Program-made: the position numbers and the translations under genes
Notes under the pieces: model-generated
The model's input: the letters and a program-made list of their open reading frames with translations, nothing else
What the model was told of the DNA's origin: nothing
Database searches by the model: none
Assembly (NCBI GenBank): GCA_045646785.1
Contig: JAZRLI010000001.1
Span: 9,933 to 73,932 of the forward strand
DNA: 64,000 bases
Direction of reading: 5' to 3'
Source: Candidatus Cryptobacteroides sp.
GTDB lineage: Bacteria; Bacteroidota; Bacteroidia; Bacteroidales; UBA932
In this document: piece by piece, positions 45,771 to 55,080 of the stretch
Layout: the number at the start of each line of letters is the position of its first letter
Numbering within the stretch: the stretch's first letter is position 1

Positions 45771-47638
45771 GCCTCCTTGAGGACCATCTCGCAGTTCCTG
45801 CAATCGAAGCGGAGGACGAATCTCTGCCCGTTGTTGAGGAGATACAGAGGTCCTGTTTCCTTGCATCCGTGGTGCTTCGGGCACATTCCGAGCTCATACC
45901 TTACGCAGTATTTCGTGCGCATGAGTTCCGCGGACGCCTCGTGTGAAAGTTCATATGCTGGAGCGATGGATTCCGCTCCGCATGAGAGATATACGGTTTC
46001 AGAAAACCGGTTTGATATGTTGTTTTTGTAACTGGTCTTCTTCTGAGGGAACATACTGACACTAACATTTCCCAAATCCCTCAGGAGGAGATCTTTCTTG
46101 CCGCAAGGCATGGCTTCAAGCTTTTCCGCCAGGTCTCGCCTTATCGAGTTGAGGAACGATGCGCTCATGAACGGAAGGACATCAGAAGCGATGATGCTGC
46201 CCGGAATGAAGGAATATGAACCGGTGTTCTTGCCTATCTGGCTGCGGATCATCTCCGCCATTCTTTCCTGATTGTTGGCCTCCTGATTGCCGGCGTCATA
46301 TGTGCCTGAAACCCTGCGTCCGTCCTCGCTTTCCGCAATGGCTTCGATGGTCCATCCCTCGGAATCACGTACGGATCTGAATGAAACGGACACGTCGAGC
46401 ATTCTGGTGCATGCATTCCTTTCCAGTTCCTTCTCGAAGGCCGCATTGATGTTCCTGTAGAGCGTTGCCCCTGTGTATAATTCGTTTACAGGCTTGCACT
46501 TGATGTCATGGCCCTGGCATACATCTGCCCTGAATCCGAAGACATCTCCCTTTCTGCCGACAAAGGAGAATCCGTCGCCGTTGTTCAGCACGATCTTGCC
46601 GTTTGCCGGGCGGATGGTGATGATGCTTCTGTCACGGCTTATCTGAGATACGGTTCCGACCTCTTCTCCCATCGATTTCGCGGCGTCCATCGATGCCCAT
46701 TTTCCGCGCTGTCCGTCGATGAACAGTTCGGTATATCCACGGTTGAAAGTCTTTGCGGTGTCGGGGGTAAAACCTCCGACAACCTTTCCGAACGACCCCC
46801 TTTCATAACGGCCTGGGCACCTTCCGACAAGCGTATCCAAGGCCATGGAATAGTCCCTTACGACATTCTTGACATAGGATTCGTTCTTGAGTCGTCCTTC
46901 GATCTTGAAGGATGTGATGCCTGCTTCGGCGAGGTCTTCGATCCTGTTGCGAAGGTTGTAATCCTTGAGGGAGAGCAGAGCCTTGTCGCGTACAAGGACC
47001 TTTCCGGACGAGTCTGTAAGGTCATATCGCGACCTGCAGGCCTGGATGCATGCTCCTCTGTTTGCGCTTCGTCCGGCAATCTTTTCTGAAAGGTAACACT
47101 GACCGCTGTAGCATACGCAGAGGGCTCCGTGTACGAAGAATTCCAGTTCGCATGTCACGGCCTCTCTGATGGCGCGGATCTGCTCGAGCGAAAGTTCCCT
47201 TTCAAGGATGAGTCTCGAGAATCCGAGACTTTCGAGAAATACGGCTTGTTCCGGAGTCCTGATGGCGCACTGTGTCGATGCATGCAGGGGAATACGTATC
47301 TCTTCACGAAGATTTCCGATACCTCTGCGGGCCATTTCCAGCACGGCCATGTCCTGGATGATCAGCGCATCGACTCCGGCGTCCTGCACTGCCAGCATCT
47401 GTCTGTACGCCGCTTCAAGTTCGTCGTCGTACAGTATTGTGTTGAGGGCTACGAATATCCTTGCCCCGAATCTGTGTGCATATTCGCACAGCTGCCTTAT
47501 GTCCTCAATTGAGTTTCCGGCAGCCTGACGGGCTCCGAACTGTGGGCCGGCTATATACACAGCGTCGGCACCGCAGTCAATTGCTGCGATGCCGACCTGT
47601 CTGTCTCTTGCCGGAGCAAGCAGTTCAAGCTGTCTCAT
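45767..47638 (-). CDS. rlhA: U32 family 23S rRNA 5-hydroxycytidine synthase (RlhA-like)
   Basis: LELLAPA, GADAVYIAGPQFGAR, HASTQ, HGALCVCYSGQC, SANRGACIQACR, KIEGRLK, C-terminal LMRTKYC. Confidence 0.85.
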   Translation of the reverse strand: MRQLELLAPARDRQVGIAAIDCGADAVYIAGPQFGARQAAGNSIEDIRQLCEYAHRFGARIFVALNTILYDDELEAAYRQMLAVQDAGVDALIIQDMAVLEMARRGIGNLREEIRIPLHASTQCAIRTPEQAVFLESLGFSRLILERELSLEQIRAIREAVTCELEFFVHGALCVCYSGQCYLSEKIAGRSANRGACIQACRSRYDLTDSSGKVLVRDKALLSLKDYNLRNRIEDLAEAGITSFKIEGRLKNESYVKNVVRDYSMALDTLVGRCPGRYERGSFGKVVGGFTPDTAKTFNRGYTELFIDGQRGKWASMDAAKSMGEEVGTVSQISRDRSIITIRPANGKIVLNNGDGFSFVGRKGDVFGFRADVCQGHDIKCKPVNELYTGATLYRNINAAFEKELERNACTRMLDVSVSFRSVRDSEGWTIEAIAESEDGRRVSGTYDAGNQEANNQERMAEMIRSQIGKNTGSYSFIPGSIIASDVLPFMSASFLNSIRRDLAEKLEAMPCGKKDLLLRDLGNVSVSMFPQKKTSYKNNISNRFSETVYLSCGAESIAPAYELSHEASAELMRTKYCVRYELGMCPKHHGCKETGPLYLLNNGQRFVLRFDCRNCEMVLKEA

Positions 47639-47644
47639 CAGGGA

Positions 47645-48574
47645 TTAGAGAGTCTTAAGCTGCTCCTGTGCTGCTGCGCCGTACTGTGGGTCAGTTGAAA
47701 CTGCCTGGTAGTACTCCTTAGCCTTTACCTTGTCACCAGCCTGCTGGTAGAGAGCTGCGATAGTGAACTTAACTCCACCTGCATCCTTAGCGTTAGGGCT
47801 GAGCTCAAGATACTTCTCGTAGTTAGCGATACAGTCTGCGTTCTTGCCGAGCTGCTGAGCTGCACCTGCTGCGAAACGGTAAGCGTTTGCATTCTCGAGG
47901 TACTGGTTTGACTTAGCTGCGTAGTCGAGAACCTCCTCATACTTCTTAGCCTTGTTAGATGCCTGAGCAAGCTTTACATAGATGTTTGAAAGCTGCTTGA
48001 AAGCGTTCTTCTCCTGACCGTTCTCAGCTGCTACGAGGTAAGCTGCTACAGCCTCGTCAGTCTTGTTCTGAGATGCGAGAGCCTGTCCGAGACGGAACTG
48101 AGCCATACCGTTTGTAGCGTCAAGCTCAACTGCCTGTCTGTAAGCAGCCTCAGCCTCTGGGAAGCTCTTTGCTGAAAGGAAACCGTTACCCTTTGATACG
48201 TATACCTGTGGGATGAGTGCAGTAGCGTCGTCTGCAACCTCTGGAGTCTCGTACTGACCTGCAGCCTCGATAGCCTTGTTGAGCTGTGCGACAGCCTCGT
48301 CGAACATATCAGCCTTGATCATCTCCTTTGCAGAAGAAAGGTAGATGGCAGGGATGATGTTGCGGCAGTTTGTTGCAACCTCTGCACCCTCCTCTCCGAG
48401 AGCCTCTGCCATTTCGAGAGCAGCCTGGAAGTATCCGATAGCAGCGTCGTTGTTGCCCATCTGAAGCTCCATAGCTCCGTTGTTGTAATTCTCAGTTGCC
48501 TGGTTGATGTCCTGAGCGAATGCCATTCCTGCAGAAAGTACTGCAGCAGTGAACAAAAGGAAAATCTTCTTCAT
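47645..48574 (-). CDS. Exported TPR-repeat protein
   Basis: Signal peptide AFA-Q, tandem TPRs, strongly biased codon usage. Confidence 0.88.
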   Translation of the reverse strand: MKKIFLLFTAAVLSAGMAFAQDINQATENYNNGAMELQMGNNDAAIGYFQAALEMAEALGEEGAEVATNCRNIIPAIYLSSAKEMIKADMFDEAVAQLNKAIEAAGQYETPEVADDATALIPQVYVSKGNGFLSAKSFPEAEAAYRQAVELDATNGMAQFRLGQALASQNKTDEAVAAYLVAAENGQEKNAFKQLSNIYVKLAQASNKAKKYEEVLDYAAKSNQYLENANAYRFAAGAAQQLGKNADCIANYEKYLELSPNAKDAGGVKFTIAALYQQAGDKVKAKEYYQAVSTDPQYGAAAQEQLKTL

Positions 48575-48660
48575 ATTGATATTCTGATTTAATTATTGAT
48601 TGCGTATAAGGCCATATAAATGCAAAAGTAGAAAAAAATTGTCGTATTTTTGCAAAAGAT

Positions 48661-51306
48661 ATGGAATTTGTGAACAAATCACGCTGGATACGAGCGCTTT
48701 TAGTTGTGGTCGGTATGTTTTTATCAACAATCATGCCGAGCCAGAATCTTCCTGTGCTTCCTCCTGACGGAGCGGTGAAGACCGGTGTCCTTCCGAACGG
48801 TATGGGCTACTATATCGTGACCAATCCGACGAGGAAGGGAACCGTCGATCTTGCGCTTGTGCAGAGGACAGGACTGGAGAACATCGACGACTCCGCCGCT
48901 TTCAGGGCCATATCTACTGCAAGGGAGGCTCTCTCCGTCCAGCCTCGTACGGACGGAAGGTCTGTCCAGAAGTTCTTTGCTTCGCATGGAGTCACTCCCG
49001 GCAAGGAAGGTTTTGTGAAAGTGTCTGAAAATCACACCGAGTATCGTTTCAATGATGTCCTTCTTTCAAGACCTGAGGTGCTGGATTCGGCTCTGCTTGT
49101 GCTTCTTGACATGACGGACAGGGTTTCCGTATCCGAAGACCCCTTCGTCAGGAAATGGTATTCTCCTTCCGATCAGGCTGTCGTCATTGCCGGTGATGTC
49201 AATGCGTCATCGGTTGCGGAGAAACTCAGGATGCTTTCGTACATGACTCCAAGGGTTCAGCCGTCGCCAAGAAAAGGATATGTGTGGGAGGAAAAGGAGG
49301 TTGTTTATGAGGCTGCCGGCCCGGAACGTCAGGGATTGGCTTCGTTTGCGGCCGTATGGACCTCGGCGAGGACCCCTCGTGAATATATGAACACCATCCA
49401 GCCGGTGATCTATGAGCTGTTCCTGACCGAATTGGGAATGGTGTCGGAAGATTACATGGCTGATGCCTTCCGTTCGCGGAACATTCCATATGCCGAGATC
49501 TCGTGCGTCCATCATTCAAGCATCCAGTCGTCTGGAGATGAGGAGTTTGAGGTGAAGGTGTCGGTGGCCGAAAAGGATTTTGCTGAGGCCGTGCGTGTGG
49601 TTGGTGAGGTGATGTCCAGGATAGATGCCGGAAAGACAGATGTCGATGACCTTCTCAGGATGAAGAGGAAATGCATGGATGCGGCAAGGGCCCAGGCCTT
49701 CGAGTCCGTTCTCAGCAATTCGGAATATGTGGACCAGTGCGTGAACTCCTTCCTTTACAACGGCAGCCTGGCTTCATACAGGACGAAGGTGAACTTCCTT
49801 TCAGGGCGCATGCTTGCAGATTCGACCGAACTCAGGCTTTTCAACAACATATCTTCGGCCCTGCTGGACCCTGAGACCAACCTTTCGGTTTCATACTCGG
49901 CTCTTATGCCGGCGGATTCAGTCAGGACCATCTTCAGCCAGGCATGGATGTCTTCGGCGAAATCAACGGAGTTCCAGCCGGGATACACACCTTCTGATGT
50001 TCCGTATTTCGAGTATGACGGTCCTAAGCTAAAGATCAAGTCGGAAAGGACCGACCATATGTCCGGAGGCCTTGAATGGACCTTCTCGAACGGCTTCAAG
50101 GTGGTGTACAAAAGGATGCCTGCAGACGGTCGTCTCCATTATAACCTTGCTATAAATAGCGGTTTCAGTTCCATCCCGGACTTGAAGAAGGGCGAGGGTG
50201 GATATGTGTCGGATTACTTCCTGCTCAGCAGGATTGACGGCATTCCGGCCGATGACTTCATCGGAACCCTCGAGGCTGAGGGAATGTCCCTTGACGTGCA
50301 GGTCGACCTGAATGTCACCACGATCTGCGGTGCGGCCGACGATGACGACCTTGATTACATGATGAGTGCCCTCCATGCCGCAATCTACGGCAGGGAGACG
50401 GATTACGATGCGGTGAAGTATTACGAGTCGGGCGAGCCTCTCCGTCATGCGATGAGATTGGGTACAGGCGCAGAAATGGTCGCGACCATCAATGACATCA
50501 TGTGTCCGGATTATGAGTATGTATCGTACAGGATGAGCAGTTCCCTTTCCCCAGAACTTGCGGTAAAGGCGGATGCGTTCTTCGGCGAACTTTCCGGAAG
50601 GATGAACGATGGAGTCCTGGTCCTTCTCGGAGACATCGATCCTGCGGTGCTGAAGAAGAAGCTCCTGTCCTATGCAGGAGGCTTCGTGACTACCGGCAGG
50701 GCGTTCAGAAGGCCGGTAGTGCGTTACGTGCCTGCATCGGGATGGTCGACTTATACTGTGCATGGCGACAGGAACAGCGTGGATATTGCCCTGTCATTGC
50801 CTCTCGCCCTGACGGTGGACAACTACATGGCTGCGGAAGTTGCGGCAATGGTGCTCAGGAAGATGGTTTCAGAGTCGTTGGCCGATACCGGAATGTATCC
50901 GTCGATGTCCTATGACCTCAAGATATATCCGAGTGAAAGGGTGGATTTCCATATCGCCCTCAACGAAATCTCCGGCGACGGATTCTCGTCCGATACCGAG
51001 GTCTCGGGACCTATCGAGGCGCTCTCGATAGTGCGTTCGGTGCTTTCGGCTGTGGAGAAGTCGGAAATGGAGATCAGTGCGGCTGATGTCGAGATGTTCA
51101 AGACCCAGCTGAAGGACAGGATGAAGTCGGATATGAAGGATCCGGACTATTGGCTTGATGTCATTTCGAGAAGGCACCTTGCCGGAAAGGACTTCACAAG
51201 CGGCTATGAGGCCAGGATAAACAGTGTAAACGTCGACAAGGTGAGGGCCATCCTTGCCGGACTGAGCGACGGAACCAGAGTTGAATATATTATAAGCGAA
51301 AGATAG
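48661..51306 (+). CDS. M16 (PqqL-like) insulinase-fold protein lacking HXXEH
   Basis: VKTGVLPNGMGYYI, KWYSPSDQAVVIAGD, WTFSNGFKVVYK; no HXXEH at the expected position. Confidence 0.8.
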   Translation: MEFVNKSRWIRALLVVVGMFLSTIMPSQNLPVLPPDGAVKTGVLPNGMGYYIVTNPTRKGTVDLALVQRTGLENIDDSAAFRAISTAREALSVQPRTDGRSVQKFFASHGVTPGKEGFVKVSENHTEYRFNDVLLSRPEVLDSALLVLLDMTDRVSVSEDPFVRKWYSPSDQAVVIAGDVNASSVAEKLRMLSYMTPRVQPSPRKGYVWEEKEVVYEAAGPERQGLASFAAVWTSARTPREYMNTIQPVIYELFLTELGMVSEDYMADAFRSRNIPYAEISCVHHSSIQSSGDEEFEVKVSVAEKDFAEAVRVVGEVMSRIDAGKTDVDDLLRMKRKCMDAARAQAFESVLSNSEYVDQCVNSFLYNGSLASYRTKVNFLSGRMLADSTELRLFNNISSALLDPETNLSVSYSALMPADSVRTIFSQAWMSSAKSTEFQPGYTPSDVPYFEYDGPKLKIKSERTDHMSGGLEWTFSNGFKVVYKRMPADGRLHYNLAINSGFSSIPDLKKGEGGYVSDYFLLSRIDGIPADDFIGTLEAEGMSLDVQVDLNVTTICGAADDDDLDYMMSALHAAIYGRETDYDAVKYYESGEPLRHAMRLGTGAEMVATINDIMCPDYEYVSYRMSSSLSPELAVKADAFFGELSGRMNDGVLVLLGDIDPAVLKKKLLSYAGGFVTTGRAFRRPVVRYVPASGWSTYTVHGDRNSVDIALSLPLALTVDNYMAAEVAAMVLRKMVSESLADTGMYPSMSYDLKIYPSERVDFHIALNEISGDGFSSDTEVSGPIEALSIVRSVLSAVEKSEMEISAADVEMFKTQLKDRMKSDMKDPDYWLDVISRRHLAGKDFTSGYEARINSVNVDKVRAILAGLSDGTRVEYIISER

Positions 51307-51308
51307 AT

Positions 51309-51902
51309 ATGTATCACGGAACAATTATCGAGATTGAAGATTGCCTCGTGTCAGAAGAGGTTCTGACTGAATATTTTGCATGCGATTACGAGAAATGCAA
51401 GGGATGCTGCTGCGTCATCGGCGACAGTGGTGCTCCAATGGAGGAATGTGAGGCGGAAGCCATCGAAAAGAACTACCACATCTTTTCTCCGATCATGTCG
51501 GAGGAGGGACGCGCCGCAGTGGCTCAGAAGGGCTATTACGAGATCGATGTGGACGGCGACATGGTGACACCTCTTGTTCCGGGAAGCGAGGAATGTGCCT
51601 ATACCCTTTTCGATGAGGACGGCAACTGCTTCTGCTCGATGGAGAGATGCTGGTTCCATGGTCAGGGCGATTTCCGCAAGCCTATCTCATGCTGGCTCTA
51701 TCCTATCCGAATCACCCATCTCCGCAATGGAATGAGGGCTCTGAACCTCCACAGATGGCATATCTGCCAGGACGCATTTGCAAAGGGCAAAAAAGAAAAG
51801 GTCCGCGTATATCAGTTTTTACGCGAACCTATCGAGAGGTATTTCGGTGAGGAATTCTATGCTGCCCTCGAGGAGGCTGCAAAGATGCTCAACGGAGAAT
51901 AA
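51309..51902 (+). CDS. DUF3109 family Cys-rich protein
   Basis: FACDYEKCKGCCCVIGDSGAP, KPISCWLYPIR. Confidence 0.88.
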   Translation: MYHGTIIEIEDCLVSEEVLTEYFACDYEKCKGCCCVIGDSGAPMEECEAEAIEKNYHIFSPIMSEEGRAAVAQKGYYEIDVDGDMVTPLVPGSEECAYTLFDEDGNCFCSMERCWFHGQGDFRKPISCWLYPIRITHLRNGMRALNLHRWHICQDAFAKGKKEKVRVYQFLREPIERYFGEEFYAALEEAAKMLNGE

Positions 51903-51905
51903 GTC

Positions 51906-52376
51906 TTATTCCTCGTCTTCCTTAGGCAGGTTGTATTCCAGTCCTGTCGCATAGAGGAAGACATCCTTCCTGAGTCCTTCCATTACGAATCCGTCGTCGG
52001 TGCGGCTGAGTGAGATGCGGTCTTCACCCATCTTTGTCAGTCTGCTGATGATGTCCCTGCGTCTGAATGTGATGCAGTCTGCTGTCTCCGACTCAAGCAC
52101 GAACGGCTTCTCCTGGAAATAGGTCTTTGCCGTAGCCTTGACTGTATCCCAGTCCGCTGTGGTGTTGAGCTTTCTGGTCACGAATCCGAACTTCGGATAG
52201 ACCGCTGCCACGAGGACGAAGAACGCCGCTATCTTCCAGATGGAATTTACGCCGTCGTCGAAAATGCTGTTGATGTCACCCTCGACCGCTCCGATGAATA
52301 CGAGGGCAAGGATGATGAGGGTCGTCAATGCTGCAAAGTAAAAAAAGTATTTTACAGATCTGATAAGGTATTTCAT
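51906..52376 (-). CDS. Hypothetical membrane protein
   Basis: Two N-terminal TM helices; fills the gap with its own promoter-like CAAATATA upstream. Confidence 0.75.
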   Translation of the reverse strand: MKYLIRSVKYFFYFAALTTLIILALVFIGAVEGDINSIFDDGVNSIWKIAAFFVLVAAVYPKFGFVTRKLNTTADWDTVKATAKTYFQEKPFVLESETADCITFRRRDIISRLTKMGEDRISLSRTDDGFVMEGLRKDVFLYATGLEYNLPKEDEE

Positions 52377-52486
52377 GGCTTCAAATTTGCTGTGTCCGAT
52401 ACGTTACTTACCTGTGAACGTCTTACAAATATACGAATAATCCGAGATTTTGCTATCTTTGCAATCATATAAAATCACATACATTT

Positions 52487-53350
52487 ATGGAAAACAACAC
52501 TCTGAAGAAAATCATGTATGCCATGACAGCGGTGGCTGTGCTTCTTGCAGGAGCGCTTGCATACATCTGGTACCAGAAGTCATCTCTTGTAAAGGAACTC
52601 ACAATAGATAAGGAAGAACTCACAGCTCAGATGGTCGAACTCCAGAACGACTATGCGACCCTTTCTTCCGACTATGATACCATCAACTCACAGCTCGATT
52701 CGTCGAGGGAGGAGGTTTCTCAGCTCATCGAGAGAATCAAGCAGACCGAGGCTACGAACAGAAGCAAGATGCGTCAGTACGAGAAGGAACTCGGCACACT
52801 CAGGACAATCATGAGGGGCTATATCGTCCAGATCGACTCGCTCAACACCCTCAACAAGAAGCTTACGGCAGATGCAGCGGCTGCACGTCGCGAGGCTGCC
52901 GAGAGCAAGAAGAGGGAGGAAGCCCTCAATAAGGAAGTCGAAACCCTTTCAGGTCAGGTTGCAGCAGGTTCCGTGATCAAGGCACGTGGCATCAAGATCG
53001 AGGCCTACAACTCATCGGACAAGGTTACTGACCGCAGCAGCAGGGTGGTGAGACTCCTCACTTCACTCAGCCTCGTGGAGAACGACCTCGCACCTAAGGG
53101 TCCGGTAAGAGTATACATCAGGGTAAAGGGTCCGGACGGAATCCTTCTCACCAACAGCACCCAGAGGACATTCGAGGTTGCAGGCGAGCCGATGATCTGC
53201 TCTGCATCGCGTGAGGTTGACTATACCGGCAAGGAGGTTGAACTCGTGATCTACCTCAACGAGATCCCTGAGTATGTAAAGGGTATCTACACAGTCGAGG
53301 CTTACACAGAGCAGTCTCTTCTCGGTTCTGCAGAACTCATGCTCCGCTAA
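52487..53350 (+). CDS. Membrane-anchored coiled-coil protein (conserved Bacteroidota hypothetical)
   Basis: N-terminal TM, long heptad region (QIDSLN), C-terminal beta domain. Confidence 0.8.
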   Translation: MENNTLKKIMYAMTAVAVLLAGALAYIWYQKSSLVKELTIDKEELTAQMVELQNDYATLSSDYDTINSQLDSSREEVSQLIERIKQTEATNRSKMRQYEKELGTLRTIMRGYIVQIDSLNTLNKKLTADAAAARREAAESKKREEALNKEVETLSGQVAAGSVIKARGIKIEAYNSSDKVTDRSSRVVRLLTSLSLVENDLAPKGPVRVYIRVKGPDGILLTNSTQRTFEVAGEPMICSASREVDYTGKEVELVIYLNEIPEYVKGIYTVEAYTEQSLLGSAELMLR

Positions 53351-53352
53351 CC

Positions 53353-54498
53353 GTGATCTATATCCACATACCCTTCTGCAGAAGTTTCTGCACATATTGT
53401 GACTTCTATTCGGAGGTCGCTGCCAGATGCCGCAAGGCAGAGGAGGCGCAGCAGCAGGAGGAGATGTTCGGAAGGTTCGCAGATGCACTGACCGTGGAGG
53501 TCGGTCATCGCAAGGCGGAAATAACAGATGATGTAAATACATTGTACATAGGAGGCGGCACCCCATCGGTGCTGCCCCTTTATGTATATGAGCGGGTCCT
53601 GGATGCCTTGAAGGAGGCGGGACACGGCGGCCCATACGAGGAGTTTACCGTAGAGGTCAATCCGGAGGACATCGTTGACAAGGGCGAGGCCTATGTGAAG
53701 GGACTTCTTGCCTTGGGCGTGAACCGCATCAGCATGGGAGTCCAGTCATTTGATGACGGAATCCTCAAGTTCATGAACCGTCGTCACGACTCGGAAACAG
53801 CCCGCAAGGCCTATAGGATTCTGGAAGATGCGGGAGTGGAGAACATCAGCATAGACCTGATCTTCGGTCTTCCTCAGCTTTCGGACGCGCAGTGGCAGGA
53901 AACTTTGGACCAGGCACTGTCCATTTCGGGCTCCGGTACCCTTCCAAAGCACATTTCGTCATATCAGCTTTCGGTGGAGCCGGGCAGCATGCTGGCGAAA
54001 CTCGTCGAAAGAGGGCGTTGGGAAGAGGCATCCGATGAGCTTTGCATGAAGCAGTACGGAATGCTCTGTGATGCTCTGCAGAAGGCCGGCTACCGTCATT
54101 ATGAAATCTCGAACTTCGCCCTGGAGGGATATGAGGCGAAGCATAATTCAGCATACTGGAGGCATGTCCCATATGTCGGCCTGGGTCCCGGAGCGCATAG
54201 CTTCGTGGGCATGAGGAGGCAATGGAATGAACCCGACCTTAAGAAATATATTGAGAATCCGACAGGCTGCAACGGAGGTGAGGAACTTACGGATGAACAG
54301 TTGGTCATTGAGCGCATAATGCTTGCCCTGCGCACTTCTGAAGGCATTTTAGAGGCATATCTCAGGGAACATTGCGACCGGCATGAACTCTCCCGTGCCC
54401 TCGCTGCAGGCAACCTTGAACCCATTGAAAACGACATGGTCCGCATCCCCGAATCCCATTTCTTCATTTCTGACAACATCATTGCATCTTTGATATAG
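53353..54498 (+). CDS. hemW: Radical SAM heme chaperone HemW
   Basis: YIHIPFCRSFCTYCDF, GGGTPS, YEISNF, HNSAYW; GTG start. Confidence 0.9.
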   Translation: MIYIHIPFCRSFCTYCDFYSEVAARCRKAEEAQQQEEMFGRFADALTVEVGHRKAEITDDVNTLYIGGGTPSVLPLYVYERVLDALKEAGHGGPYEEFTVEVNPEDIVDKGEAYVKGLLALGVNRISMGVQSFDDGILKFMNRRHDSETARKAYRILEDAGVENISIDLIFGLPQLSDAQWQETLDQALSISGSGTLPKHISSYQLSVEPGSMLAKLVERGRWEEASDELCMKQYGMLCDALQKAGYRHYEISNFALEGYEAKHNSAYWRHVPYVGLGPGAHSFVGMRRQWNEPDLKKYIENPTGCNGGEELTDEQLVIERIMLALRTSEGILEAYLREHCDRHELSRALAAGNLEPIENDMVRIPESHFFISDNIIASLI

Positions 54499-54545
54499 TT
54501 TTTTTAATTTTGTAGGGATATCAGACAACTATCAATTTTCGCGAT

Positions 54546-55004
54546 ATGAAAAAACTTGTAATCCTTGCAGCTGCAATGTTGCTTTTCGCTTCCTGCTCTC
54601 TCCATAGAGCCAGCGTAGGTGTGACTTCTGTCTATTCTCCGTCTGTTGAAACCACTACAATGGCTTCTCTCGAAGTTACAGGCAAGAAAATCAATTATGT
54701 GTACTATCCTGAAAAGAAGGACGCAAAGACGCTTTCTCAGGACCAGCTTGTCAGAAATGCTGTGTATCAGGCTCTCCAGGTCAATGGCGGTGCCGATGAA
54801 CTCATTGAGGTAAACTACTATATAACAATCAGGAGGGGATTCATCGGAAAGAGAGTGAAAAGCATAGCAGTAAGCGGTTATCCTGCAAACTACATCAATT
54901 TCAGAGAACCTACCGCTGAAGACCTTGAGGCAGTCGAGACTCTCAGCCGTTCGAAGATGTACAGACAGTCAAAGCTTGACAAGCTCTCATTAGGAACAGA
55001 ATAA
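54546..55004 (+). CDS. Hypothetical lipoprotein
   Basis: Lipobox FASC; AVYQAL..NGGAD, VSGYPA. Confidence 0.75.
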   Translation: MKKLVILAAAMLLFASCSLHRASVGVTSVYSPSVETTTMASLEVTGKKINYVYYPEKKDAKTLSQDQLVRNAVYQALQVNGGADELIEVNYYITIRRGFIGKRVKSIAVSGYPANYINFREPTAEDLEAVETLSRSKMYRQSKLDKLSLGTE

Positions 55005-55028
55005 TTTCCTTTCAGGAAAGATAATATG

Positions 55029-55058
55029 AGGCTGAACGGTAGTACCGCTCAGCCTTTT
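55029..55058 (+). terminator. Intrinsic terminator
   Basis: AGGCTGAACGGT-AGT-ACCGCTCAGCCT-TTT. Confidence 0.65.
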
Positions 55059-55080
55059 GTATAGATAACATTCACAAACC

